Origin: a bacterium | GTDB lineage: Bacteria > RBG-13-61-14 > DATKZS01 | NCBI GenBank assembly: GCA_963674965.2 | Contig: CAXXFL010000005.1 | Span: 608,001 to 672,000, forward strand | Direction: 5' to 3' | Length of the DNA: 64,000 bases | Shown here: in pieces, positions 8,775 to 18,144 of the stretch | How the letters are laid out: every line of letters starts with the position of its first letter | How positions within the stretch are numbered: the first letter of the stretch is position 1 | Translations under genes and position numbers: made by a program | Notes under the pieces: generated by a model | What the model saw: only the letters and a program-made list of their open reading frames with translations | What the model was told of the DNA's origin: nothing | Databases searched by the model: none

Positions 8775-9575
8775 TCAGGAGGTTTCCTTTTCCTTGCCGG
8801 CTCCGGTGACGCGACCCAGGAGCCAGGGACCAAGATAAGCGCCGGGGAGGGAGCCGACGAGCAAAAGTCCGATCAGGGTCCAATCGAGGTCGCTCGTGCC
8901 CATGGACACGAAGGTGGCCGAGGCGGCCATGGGAACGATCTGGAACACGGAGGTCCCCACCGCCGTTTGAATGGGCGTTCCCAGTATGCCCGCCAGAAAA
9001 GGAACGGTCACGATCCCGCCGCCGATGGCTAACAGTCCCGATAGAAACCCGGCCAGGAACCCGCCTGCGATAAGGGCAACCGCGCGAGAGGCCCCGGAGT
9101 TCAGAATGCTTGCCGGCCCGCGAGAAATGGCGTTTTCGCCTTGGCCATGTCGGCGACTTTTCAGGTATCTGACAAGACGAAGGACAAGGGCCATCGATGC
9201 GCCGGCCAGGAGCAGCAGGTAAATCCCGTCAAGTACCGTTTCAAAAGGACCGCCGTCGCCGAAGCGTCGGTGAAGCTCCTGCAGCGCCCTCCTCCCGACC
9301 GCCGCGCCCGGTATCGAGCCGGCAAGATAATTGAGCGCCAGCGAGACGTCAACGTGGCCGAGCTTGTAATGCCGGATCAGGCCCGTCAGCGCCATGCCCG
9401 CCATCTGGGCCAGGGTGCTGCCGATGGCGGTGTTATAGGGAACGTCGAAACCGAAGGTCAGCGCCGGGATCATGATGATCGACCCGCCCAGCCCCGTAAA
9501 GGAGCCGAATACGCCCACCACGAATCCCAGGACCGGAAGCAGCGCGTGAAAAAGCCAGGTATCGTTACCGATCAT
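8775..9575 (-). CDS. Sulfite exporter TauE/SafE family membrane protein
   Basis: Duplicated G(L/I)GG(G/S)I..(I/V)P and A(I/V)G(S/T) motifs, GS(I/L)PGA, multiple TM helices. Confidence 0.88.
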   Translation of the reverse strand: MIGNDTWLFHALLPVLGFVVGVFGSFTGLGGSIIMIPALTFGFDVPYNTAIGSTLAQMAGMALTGLIRHYKLGHVDVSLALNYLAGSIPGAAVGRRALQELHRRFGDGGPFETVLDGIYLLLLAGASMALVLRLVRYLKSRRHGQGENAISRGPASILNSGASRAVALIAGGFLAGFLSGLLAIGGGIVTVPFLAGILGTPIQTAVGTSVFQIVPMAASATFVSMGTSDLDWTLIGLLLVGSLPGAYLGPWLLGRVTGAGKEKETS

Positions 9576-9620
9576 GGAGAGTGTAGCCCGCCTGGAAAAG
9601 GGTCGCGATTAGTGGATGGA

Positions 9621-9965
9621 TCAAGAGCGGCCGCCGTTGTGCCGGTAGGTTATGATCCGGACCTTTTCGAGGGTGACCAGGCCCTCCTCGATCATCTTAT
9701 CCAGGTCGGGCAAAAACTCCTCGACGCGCTCGTGCTTGTCCACGATCTCGATCACCATGGGAAGTCCCTCGGACAGGCGCAGTATCTTGGCCGTGTGAAT
9801 GCGGCTGTTGGCGCCGAACCCGAGAACGCCCCGGATAACGGTGGCCCCGGCCATGCCCCTTTTCCTGGCCTCCTCCACGATGGCCTGGTAAAGAGGGCGG
9901 CCGTCGTGCTTGTCGTTCTCGCCGATAAAAATCCGAAGCAGGGAGGCCTCGTCGGGAAGTTTCAT
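9621..9965 (-). CDS. DUF190 family (PII-like) protein
   Basis: LRIFIGENDK..GRPLY.AIV..AR..GMAGATV.RG..GFG..S.IHT..ILRLS..LP.VIEIVD; typical neighbour of crcB. Confidence 0.92.
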   Translation of the reverse strand: MKLPDEASLLRIFIGENDKHDGRPLYQAIVEEARKRGMAGATVIRGVLGFGANSRIHTAKILRLSEGLPMVIEIVDKHERVEEFLPDLDKMIEEGLVTLEKVRIITYRHNGGRS

Positions 9966-9974
9966 TTTTGACTC

Positions 9975-10352
9975 CTACACGTATTTACCGATGGAAAGGC
10001 CCGTGAAGAAAAGGGCGATGCCGATAGTGTTCTGGAGCGCCACGTTGGCCGCGGCGAAGGCGTATTGCCCGGCGCGGAGCAGCTCGCTCGTCTCGAGGGT
10101 ATAGGCGGAAAAGGTGGTGAAGGCGCCCATGAAGCCGACCATGATATAGGTGCGGGCCGGTCCCTCCAGGCTCACCCGGGTCTCGGCCAGGGCCCATACC
10201 AACCCGGCCAGGAAACAACCAGCCATGTTGGCCGCGAAGGTCCCCCACGGAAAATCCCCGCCCGTCCGGCCCTGTACAAGGCCAACGATACCGTAACGGG
10301 CCAGCGTGCCCACCGAGCCCGCCAGGGCGATAATAAGTAACTTCTGAAACAT
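9975..10352 (-). CDS. crcB: Fluoride efflux channel CrcB/FluC
   Basis: G..GTLARY, FPWGTF.AN..GCF and GFMGAFTTFS signatures. Confidence 0.95.
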   Translation of the reverse strand: MFQKLLIIALAGSVGTLARYGIVGLVQGRTGGDFPWGTFAANMAGCFLAGLVWALAETRVSLEGPARTYIMVGFMGAFTTFSAYTLETSELLRAGQYAFAAANVALQNTIGIALFFTGLSIGKYV

Positions 10353-10440
10353 GTCTACTCCTCGTCCAATATGTCCGGCCCTCGCCGCCGGCCGGCGTCC
10401 ACTGGCGCTTTATTATACTCCCCGCGACCGGGACGCGAGT

Positions 10441-12384
10441 TTACCAGCCGTATTTTTCCTCCAGGCCCTCGTAGGTCTCCTTAACCGTGAAGAATACGTT
10501 CTTGCGCTCTCGCTCGTAGGTTAACAGCCCCTTTTGATTGAAGTCCACCCGGGGGTTATGCGGCCTTTTATCGTCCCGGAAGTCGGCGAAGACCCAGGGC
10601 ATGACGCCGACCACGTAGTCCCGCGCCAGTATCCTCTCGAGCTGGGTCTCGTAGACCTTAACCTGGTATTCCTCGGTATAGTCCCGATACAGTCCCGGCT
10701 GGACCTGGAACTTCCTTTGGCCGTCCAGCCCCGGCATGCTTCCCGCCCCGAACTCGGAAACGACGACGGGCTTGTCCGGCCACCTGGCGTGGACCTTGTC
10801 CAGGAAAGACCCGATGCCGCTGGCCGACCCGAAGTACCAGCCGAAGTACTCGTTGACGAAAATGGCGTCGCCTATCCCCGCCGTCTTCTCGAGGCCTGGC
10901 GAGAGTATGGGCACGGTAAGCACGGCGAAGCTCACGGGCCGGTCGGGGTCGAAGTTCTTGGCCGTATCGTACATGCGCCTGGTCAGGTCTCTCACCGGGC
11001 CGGCAAAGGTCCAGTTCTCGTTGCCCACGGACCACATGACCGCGGACGGATGGTTTCGGTCCCGCTCGATGGTCTCGATAAGCTGAGTGGCCGCGTCCTC
11101 ATAGAGCGCGTCTCCCTTTACGGCGGCCTTGGATGGACCCGTCCGGCCGACCTGGTAAAGGGGGACTTCATGGGCGATCATCAAGCCTTTCTCGTCGCAC
11201 GCGTCGAGCCAGCGCGGGTCGGAAGGATAATGCGCCGGCCGCATGAAATTGACGCGGAGTTCCTCGAGCAGGGCCATGTCCTCCTCGATCCTGGCCGCGC
11301 CAAGGACCGGGCCGCTCTCGGGGTAATCCTCATGCCGGTTCACGCCGCGAAGGAAAATCCTCATGCCGTTGAGATAGGCCTCGGTCCCCCTGAACTCGAA
11401 CTTCCTGAAGCCGATCCGAGTAGACTGTTTCTCGCTCCCCTCGCCCGAGGAAATCGAGACCTCGAGGACGTAGCGGTTCTCCGGCGTGGCCGGAGACCAG
11501 GGCTCGACGTCCTCGACAATGTCCGCGAACTCGACCAGGGCCATGTCACCGGCGGGTACCTCGGCCTCGGTCTCGGCCAGCCGCGCCAGGTCGGCGCCGC
11601 CCAGGTCCTTGAGATCGACGACCACCTTGACGCGGCGGTCTTCATCTCTCCGGTTATACAGGACCAGGTCGCCGCTGATCTTGCCCTCATGGTCCGTGTC
11701 CACCGCCAGCTTGCACGCCGTGGTCCACGGGCCGCTCTCGAGGAAGACCTCCCTGTGGATGCCCCCGTAATACCACCAGCCAAGATCGGAACCCTTGCTC
11801 GTAAGCGCCGGGATAGAATCGAAGTCGCGCCGGTTGTCCACCCGGACGGCCAGAACGTTCTCCTCCCCGGGACGAAGGGCCTCCGACGCGTCGATGCTCC
11901 AGCGAGAAAAGCCGCCATGATGCGAGCCCACGAGCTTGCCGTTCAAATACACGTCGCCCCTGTACGAGACGCCGTCAAGCACGAGCCGCGTGAATCGTCC
12001 GGCCATGGACGCGGGCGGGGTGAACCTCGTCCGGTACCAGCCCGCTCCCTCGTAGTAGAGCAGGTCCTCTTGCTGGACGTTCCAGGAACCGGGAACGGGA
12101 TGCACGCGCCAGTCCGAGTCGTCGTACCCCGGCTCGAACCATTTGTCTCGAGTCCCCTCGTCCGCCGGGTCGGCCATGAAGGCCCAGTCGCCGCCAAGGT
12201 CCATGACCTCGTGGTCAGTCTCGTTGAAGCGAGTGAAGTAGGGCATGCCGTTGTCCCATAAAACGGGCGTTCCATCCGCGTGCCTGATATCCAGTCCCTT
12301 GATCGTTCCCTCGCTCGCGCCGGTCACGGCGAGAATGACCATGACCGTAACCGCCGCCGAAAAAGCCGCTCTGGCGCTTTTCAT
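10441..12384 (-). CDS. Secreted glycoside hydrolase family 2 (beta-glucuronidase/beta-galactosidase-like)
   Basis: Signal peptide; VPGSWN, YGGIHREV, LRGVNRHED, R.AHYP, RDRNHPSAVMWSVGNE, VSEFGA and NQKGL motifs. Confidence 0.92.
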   Translation of the reverse strand: MKSARAAFSAAVTVMVILAVTGASEGTIKGLDIRHADGTPVLWDNGMPYFTRFNETDHEVMDLGGDWAFMADPADEGTRDKWFEPGYDDSDWRVHPVPGSWNVQQEDLLYYEGAGWYRTRFTPPASMAGRFTRLVLDGVSYRGDVYLNGKLVGSHHGGFSRWSIDASEALRPGEENVLAVRVDNRRDFDSIPALTSKGSDLGWWYYGGIHREVFLESGPWTTACKLAVDTDHEGKISGDLVLYNRRDEDRRVKVVVDLKDLGGADLARLAETEAEVPAGDMALVEFADIVEDVEPWSPATPENRYVLEVSISSGEGSEKQSTRIGFRKFEFRGTEAYLNGMRIFLRGVNRHEDYPESGPVLGAARIEEDMALLEELRVNFMRPAHYPSDPRWLDACDEKGLMIAHEVPLYQVGRTGPSKAAVKGDALYEDAATQLIETIERDRNHPSAVMWSVGNENWTFAGPVRDLTRRMYDTAKNFDPDRPVSFAVLTVPILSPGLEKTAGIGDAIFVNEYFGWYFGSASGIGSFLDKVHARWPDKPVVVSEFGAGSMPGLDGQRKFQVQPGLYRDYTEEYQVKVYETQLERILARDYVVGVMPWVFADFRDDKRPHNPRVDFNQKGLLTYERERKNVFFTVKETYEGLEEKYGW

Positions 12385-12418
12385 AAGGATTCACCTCCGC
12401 TCATGTTCGAATGCCTCT

Positions 12419-13780
12419 TCACCCGCCAAGTGGCCCGAATATTTTTTGCTCCTTCGCCTTCCACGCGGCCAGGGCCTGGCGGTCGTATTTTTTTGGATAC
12501 GCGGCGTAGAGCTTCTTGACCTGGGAAATGGAACGGCCCACGGTGATCACGATGGGAATCAGGTCCGGGTTGGTGACAATGCCCTTCAGCCGCCCGGGAA
12601 TGGACCCGAGCGACATGGTTATGGGCTTGGGCACGGCCCCGTTCCAGATATCCTCCGCCGCCAGCGCCCCGCCCTCCATCATCCGCCGAATCTGGTCCCG
12701 AGTGATCGAGTCGATGACCAGCTTGTTGGCGTCGTAACAAGCCAGCGTGGCCCCCCTCCCGGATTGATACTTGTAGCAGTAGTCCCAAAGGGACTCCGTC
12801 GAGACGTCGCCGTCCGCCAGGGCCCGGGCCGCGGTCCTGGCCGCCAGAGCGCCCGCGTACATGGCCGAGCCCACGCCGCTTCCATTGGCGGGGATGACCA
12901 TGCAGGCCGCCTCCCCGATCATCATGAAGCCGTCGGCCACCAGGCGGTCCCACGAACGCCGCACCCGGATGGGGCCTTTCCCGCCGTAGAGCATCTCGGC
13001 GTAATAACCCTGCTCCTCCTTGAACCGGTCGATCACGTCCGCGATCGGCGCCTCGTCATAATCGGCCTTCCGCCCCAGAAGGATGTAGGCCACCTCGCCG
13101 GAAAGACCGAGATAGGAGTACTCCGTCGAGAAGTTGCCGTACCGGCTCAGGGTGTTCCATATCTCGTCGTCGAAATGCTTGCCCTCGCCGATCGCCTGGC
13201 GGGCCTTTTCCACGTCGATCTTGTGGAAGTGGTTCTCCGCGATGACCACGTCTCGCTTCTCGTCGCGAAAGCCGATGCCCAGGTCCGGGTCCATGTGCCT
13301 TACCAGGGCCGCGTTAAAGCCGCTGGCGTCGATCACCAGCCTGGCCGTGACTTCCTCCCTCGAGCCGCCCGCCTCGAACTCGACGCCCGCCACCTTGTTT
13401 CCGTCGAAAACGGGGCCGACGGCCTTCCTGCCCCCGAGGAACTTCGCCCCCGCCGACTCGGCGTAACCCAGGAGCCGCTTGACAAAGGCGTCCAGACGCA
13501 GGGCAATGGCCGGATGCTCGCCCTCCAGGGTGAAGACCTCGCGGCGGTCGGGAGAGAAGACCCTCATGCGCTTCTGATGGTAGGGCTTCTCGTCGCCCTC
13601 CGGGTAGGGAACGCCCGTCTCGTCCAGGATGGTCCTTTCAACCTCGATCACTATCGGGTTGCTCAGGTTGTCCTTGTCCTTCTGGTCGAAAAGACCGACC
13701 CTCAGTCCGGCCTTGGCCAGGTCGCGAGCCGCTATGGTACCGCCCGGTCCGGCCCCCACTATGATTACGTCAAAGTCCAT
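12419..13780 (-). CDS. FAD-dependent oxidoreductase, geranylgeranyl-reductase-like family
   Basis: DVIIVGAGPGG, VIDASG and IGEAAC...PANGSGV motifs; GAGGAG RBS before ATG 13780. Confidence 0.82.
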   Translation of the reverse strand: MDFDVIIVGAGPGGTIAARDLAKAGLRVGLFDQKDKDNLSNPIVIEVERTILDETGVPYPEGDEKPYHQKRMRVFSPDRREVFTLEGEHPAIALRLDAFVKRLLGYAESAGAKFLGGRKAVGPVFDGNKVAGVEFEAGGSREEVTARLVIDASGFNAALVRHMDPDLGIGFRDEKRDVVIAENHFHKIDVEKARQAIGEGKHFDDEIWNTLSRYGNFSTEYSYLGLSGEVAYILLGRKADYDEAPIADVIDRFKEEQGYYAEMLYGGKGPIRVRRSWDRLVADGFMMIGEAACMVIPANGSGVGSAMYAGALAARTAARALADGDVSTESLWDYCYKYQSGRGATLACYDANKLVIDSITRDQIRRMMEGGALAAEDIWNGAVPKPITMSLGSIPGRLKGIVTNPDLIPIVITVGRSISQVKKLYAAYPKKYDRQALAAWKAKEQKIFGPLGG

Positions 13781-14036
13781 GGCTTCTCCTCTTGCCTCCA
13801 TCCTTGGCCTTTATATGGAGGACTTGGTAAAGGGATTATTGGGTCCTCGCGACGCGCCAGGTTGATATTCACGCAAAGCCGCATTATTGCGAATCTCAAT
13901 TCTAACCTCTACTCGCGTCCCGGTAAAATCGATCGAAAAGCCTCGGGCCGATCGGCCCTTTGCCCATGTTCCCTCCTGGCTGCTTGCCCCGGTCCACGCC
14001 ATGTGGTTTGCTTTTCTTATAGGCAGGGAGGACAAA

Positions 14037-15431
14037 ATGGCGGGACCGAAAGTTACGGTGATTGGGGCCGGAAGTTATTTCTTCGGCAGGAAGATTATCC
14101 ATTGCATGGCCACCGACGCCCATCTCGCGGGTGGGACCCTGGCCCTGGTCGACGCGGACGCGCGAAAGCTCGAGACCATGGGCCGCGTGGCCTCGCGCGC
14201 TTTTAAAAAGACCAAATGCGGCGTGAAGCTTTTGGCCTCGACCAAAAGGCGCGAGATCATGGAGGGGTCGGACTTCGTCATCCTCACCTTTTCCCGCGGT
14301 AATATGAAGTACAGGGGGATCGAGGCGAGAGTTTCAAAAAAGCACGGGATCACCCTCTCGAGCGCCGACACCATCGGTCCCGCGGGGGTGTTCCGGGCCC
14401 TCCGCGAGATACCCGAGGCCCTGGCCGCGGCCAAGGACGTCCTCGATCTGGCGCCTTCCGCCTGGGTCATCAACTACGTGAATCCCACCGCCACTATAGG
14501 AATAGCCCTGGCCAGGTACGCGCCCCGGGTAAAAAGCTTCTCCATCTGCGACGGCCAGAGGGAGCCTTACTCGAGCCTCAACTGGCTGAAGTTGGCGGGG
14601 GTCCTTCCCGCCGGGGCCGCCTCGATACCGCCCGCCATCCTCCGGGACCTCGACCTCAGGATAGCGGGAGTCAACCATTGCACCTGGATACTGAAGTTCG
14701 ATTTCAAGGGACGCGACATGCTGCCCGCCTTGAGGGACAACCTGGCGGCCCTGAATCCCATCGAGGCGGCCAACCCCTCGGCCCATTCCAAGCAAAGGTT
14801 CAACAACCACTACTCGATCAGGCTTTTCGACCTTTACGGGGCCTTCCCCACCCTGACCAGCCATACCAAGGAATACGTGCCCTTTTTCCAGGGGAGGGGA
14901 TTGGCGCCGGTCGAGCCCGAGCCCATCGCCATGTTCGACGCCGAGACAAGAGCCGGGGAGATGGAGGACGACTGGAGGCTGAGCGAGAGGTACGCCTCGG
15001 GAAAGCTCTCCATGCAAAGGTTCCTCGAGACCGAGACCTCGGACCTGGCCGCGGATATCATCGCCAACATGTGGGCCGGACTCGGCCGCTCCTTCTTCGT
15101 TAACTCGCCCAACCGGGGCGCCGTGTCCAACATGGCCCCGGACGCCTTTCTCGAGCTCCGCTGCGACTTGGACATATCCGGCCCCCGGCCCCACCCGCTG
15201 GGAGTCATGCCGCCCGGTCTCCTCTCCCTCCAGCGCCGCGTCCTCGACGCCCACGAGCTAACGGCCGAGGCCGCCGTCACGGGCGACAAAAGAATCCTTA
15301 GAAGGGCCATCATGACCGACCCCCTTTGCGTCTCCATCGAGGACGGCGACGCCGTCATCGAGGAACTCCTCGAGCTGGAAAAAGGCATCCTTCCCCGGTT
15401 TTGGTATAAGAAGGGAAGGAGGCGGCAGTAA
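14037..15431 (+). CDS. Glycoside hydrolase family 4 (NAD+/metal-dependent glycosidase)
   Basis: KVTVIGAGS, DTIGPAGVFRALR, INYVNP, ICDG, AGVNH and PNRGAVSN motifs; GGAGG RBS. Confidence 0.9.
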   Translation: MAGPKVTVIGAGSYFFGRKIIHCMATDAHLAGGTLALVDADARKLETMGRVASRAFKKTKCGVKLLASTKRREIMEGSDFVILTFSRGNMKYRGIEARVSKKHGITLSSADTIGPAGVFRALREIPEALAAAKDVLDLAPSAWVINYVNPTATIGIALARYAPRVKSFSICDGQREPYSSLNWLKLAGVLPAGAASIPPAILRDLDLRIAGVNHCTWILKFDFKGRDMLPALRDNLAALNPIEAANPSAHSKQRFNNHYSIRLFDLYGAFPTLTSHTKEYVPFFQGRGLAPVEPEPIAMFDAETRAGEMEDDWRLSERYASGKLSMQRFLETETSDLAADIIANMWAGLGRSFFVNSPNRGAVSNMAPDAFLELRCDLDISGPRPHPLGVMPPGLLSLQRRVLDAHELTAEAAVTGDKRILRRAIMTDPLCVSIEDGDAVIEELLELEKGILPRFWYKKGRRRQ

Positions 15432-15610
15432 GAGTCCTCCGTTGATTCGAAAATCATGATCGGGTATATTGCGTCTCAAGCAAGATTGGAGACGAGAATG
15501 TGTCGGTTAATTCCTGGACGGTGAGGAATGAAAATGGCAAAGGAATTTGGTCTATTGAGGGCTGACTAGATAAAAATATTTCATAAAACAACCTTAGAGA
15601 GGTAAATGCA

Positions 15611-16570
15611 ATGAATGTATCCATAAATAGTGTTCTTTCATCTTTATTTGTTGTGATAATTGCGGTCCTTTCATTGTCGATTAGTAACGCCGCATCGGAT
15701 ATTAAGAAAGAAGATATTATTATCTGCCATGGCTTTGGCGAAATTAAATACGAAGAACAAAATCAATCTAAATGTGAATTAGCAGACAATTACGAGCGAT
15801 CACAATATAGAGGAAGAGTGATGTATTGTAGAGGCTTTTATAATCTACCCACAATTAATGGATGTGAAGTATGTAGTAGTCATTTTATCCAAGTTTTTAT
15901 TTATGATAGTAGCGATGGAGTAAAGAACGATCTTCTGTTATGGACTTATGATCGACCGGGTAATAAATCAATTTATAAATCATATGAAAATGGCGACATT
16001 ATGCAGTATAGCAAGGGCGGCAACTACCGAGATAGGTTTTGGGTTTCTAACAATTATCAAATACTACTTAATGCAAGGAACATGGAAATCAATAATCATA
16101 TCTTCAATGATTACGTTGAGAAATATCCTCCTACTGAAAGGCTTAGCGCGGAAGATTACAATGTTCAAAATATTTACAAGAAGGAAATAGAACGCGCATT
16201 CGATACGGTACTTGATCATGAAAAATTGAGGGTATCCAGTGATAAAGCGGATCAATTCCACGCGGTTTTCATCCAATGCGATCGAGAAGACGCGATAAGA
16301 TGCTGGTCGGGCTTGAGCGGAGAAGGAAAGCCTAAAGGCTGCAAGGTTACGGCAATAATAGACAACGATAAAAGGATGAATGCCTGGAAAGAGTTAAAAG
16401 AAGAAACAATGAAGAGGGATATAGCCGAGGAAAACATACTTTGGAATGCCGTGAAGGAACCCGGTTCTCAATGCAAATCAAACGAAGATATGGATAATAT
16501 TATTAAATCTCTGAATATAACCGACGAGGACCTAAAAAGATGGAGTGAAAAATATGGAATGCCAAAGTAA
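15611..16570 (+). CDS. AT-rich secreted Cys-rich hypothetical protein, copy 1
   Basis: 319-aa ORF with signal peptide (..SISNA), GAGG RBS, clear full-length paralogy to 16922-17866. Confidence 0.8.
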   Translation: MNVSINSVLSSLFVVIIAVLSLSISNAASDIKKEDIIICHGFGEIKYEEQNQSKCELADNYERSQYRGRVMYCRGFYNLPTINGCEVCSSHFIQVFIYDSSDGVKNDLLLWTYDRPGNKSIYKSYENGDIMQYSKGGNYRDRFWVSNNYQILLNARNMEINNHIFNDYVEKYPPTERLSAEDYNVQNIYKKEIERAFDTVLDHEKLRVSSDKADQFHAVFIQCDREDAIRCWSGLSGEGKPKGCKVTAIIDNDKRMNAWKELKEETMKRDIAEENILWNAVKEPGSQCKSNEDMDNIIKSLNITDEDLKRWSEKYGMPK

Positions 16571-16674
16571 AAAGTGATAAAATCTTACAAGTCCTGATAC
16601 TCATGGATACAGAGCCATGCATCCCCACTTTACAACTTTGGACCCGCATCAGGATGACATGGCCCTTTCCTTAG

Positions 16675-16908
16675 TTACACACTCATGTCCTTAATGAAAC
16701 CGTTCATGGTGGAATCGGTAAATATGAAACGAACATTATATTTTTCATGTTCTATCCGTATAATCAACAGAAAAAAGGCAAAATAGTAAGTTTTTTGGAT
16801 ACTTATTTCCCGATTCAACAGGGAACCGAAAGGAGAACCACCCAATTATTCGACGTATTTGTCAATTCGGTTGACAATTCAAACAAATTGTTCATGAAAC
16901 AACCTTAA
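16675..16908 (+). pseudogene. Start-less coding remnant ending in FMKQP* directly at the RBS of copy 2
   Basis: 77 sense codons between stops in AT-rich DNA (LHTHVLNETVHGGIGKYETNIIFFMFYPY...NSNKLFMKQP*); the equivalent position before copy 1 reads FIKQP*. Confidence 0.35.
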
Positions 16909-16921
16909 GGAGGTAATTGCA

Positions 16922-17866
16922 ATGAATATATCCATAAATAGTGTTCTTTCATCTTTAATAGTTGTGATAATTGCGGTCTTTTCATTATCGCTTAGTAACG
17001 CCGCAACGGATCTTAAGAAGGAAGATATTATTATCTGCCACGGCTTTGGTGAAATTAAATTCGAAGAGCAATATCAATCTAAATGTGAATTTGCGGATTA
17101 TTTCATGCAATCAAAATATAGAGGAAGAGTGATGCATTGTGATGGTATCTACAATCTTGAAGGTCAAATTTTAAAAAAAAATGTCATATCAGTCTATATA
17201 TACGATAAAAAAGATGGGGTAAAGAATGATCTTTTAATATCGACTTATAGCAAACCATTTATAAAGACGTTGTTTAAATCATATAAAGATGGCGATATAA
17301 TGAAGTACTGCAATGGCCAATTAGAGAGACGATATTGGGTCTCTAATAATATACAAATATCAATTACAAGTTATTTTATGAAAATCAATGAACAACTTTT
17401 CAATGATTACGTGGATAAATATCCTCCCACCGAAAGGCTTAGCGAAGAGGATTACAACGTTCAGACAATATTCAAGAAGGAAATTGAACGCTCTTACGAG
17501 ACCATAATCGATTATGAAAAGGACCGGAAATCGAAAGATAAAAAAGTTCGCCTTCAAGCCGCCGGCATACAATGCGAACGCGAGAACGCGATTAGATGTT
17601 GGTCGGGTTTAAGCGGTGATGGAAAATCCAACGGCTGTAAAGTTACCATAATACAAAATAATGAAGAGAGGTTAACGGCTTGGGCCGAGTTAAAAGCAAC
17701 GGCCATGAAAATGGATATTATGGAAGACAATATAAGTTGGAATTCAGTGAAGGAACCCCTCTCGAAATGCAATTCATCTGACGATTTTGATAATCTTCTA
17801 AAAGCTCTTAATGTAACGCAGGAGGATTATGAACGATGGTATGAAGAAGAAAGAAATAATAAATAA
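16922..17866 (+). CDS. AT-rich secreted Cys-rich hypothetical protein, copy 2
   Basis: 314-aa ORF, signal peptide, AGGAGG RBS; shares KKEDIIICHGFGEIK, KYPPTERLS.EDYNVQ and AIRCWSGLSG.GK..GCKVT with copy 1. Confidence 0.8.
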   Translation: MNISINSVLSSLIVVIIAVFSLSLSNAATDLKKEDIIICHGFGEIKFEEQYQSKCEFADYFMQSKYRGRVMHCDGIYNLEGQILKKNVISVYIYDKKDGVKNDLLISTYSKPFIKTLFKSYKDGDIMKYCNGQLERRYWVSNNIQISITSYFMKINEQLFNDYVDKYPPTERLSEEDYNVQTIFKKEIERSYETIIDYEKDRKSKDKKVRLQAAGIQCERENAIRCWSGLSGDGKSNGCKVTIIQNNEERLTAWAELKATAMKMDIMEDNISWNSVKEPLSKCNSSDDFDNLLKALNVTQEDYERWYEEERNNK

Positions 17867-18144
17867 ATTAAAGCAGATAAATCTTGCAGGGCCTGACATG
17901 TATGTCATGGATTGTAGTATCCACCCCGCGGAATTGCGGCTGTCCCCCGGGGGAGAACTTGCCGGCGAAGCCGCAGGCTGAAAGCTTCTGACGGTAATCG
18001 TATTGAAAGGCCCTTTTTGAAGTGGATAAGGTTGAAAACGTGCTTGAATTAGAAAATATCAATGCTCAGCCTGCGAATACGCCGCCCATGCATTTTGGGA
18101 AAATAGATGGGCCACCCTGCGCCTTAATGGTCTGCCGACCTCCC

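Larger units (their letters stand above)
15580..17896 (+). repeat. Diverged tandem duplication, units about 15580-16600 and 16891-17896, including flanking non-coding DNA
   Basis: Upstream TTCATAAAACAACCTTAGAGAGGTAAATGCAATG vs TTCATGAAACAACCTTAAGGAGGTAATTGCAATG; downstream GATAAAATCTTACAAGTCCTGA vs GATAAATCTTGCAGGGCCTGA. Confidence 0.85.

Noticed and set aside
10353-10440. Fluoride riboswitch expected upstream of crcB
   Set aside because: No GGCGATGG...GCTGATG-type consensus on the minus strand.
10534-14206. 575-aa and 653-aa plus-strand ORFs opposite GH2 and the flavoprotein
   Set aside because: Antisense shadows of well-supported minus-strand genes.
15432-18144. IS, integron or prophage origin for the AT-rich island
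   Set aside because: No transposase, integrase, attC-like site, terminal inverted repeats or target duplication could be identified.
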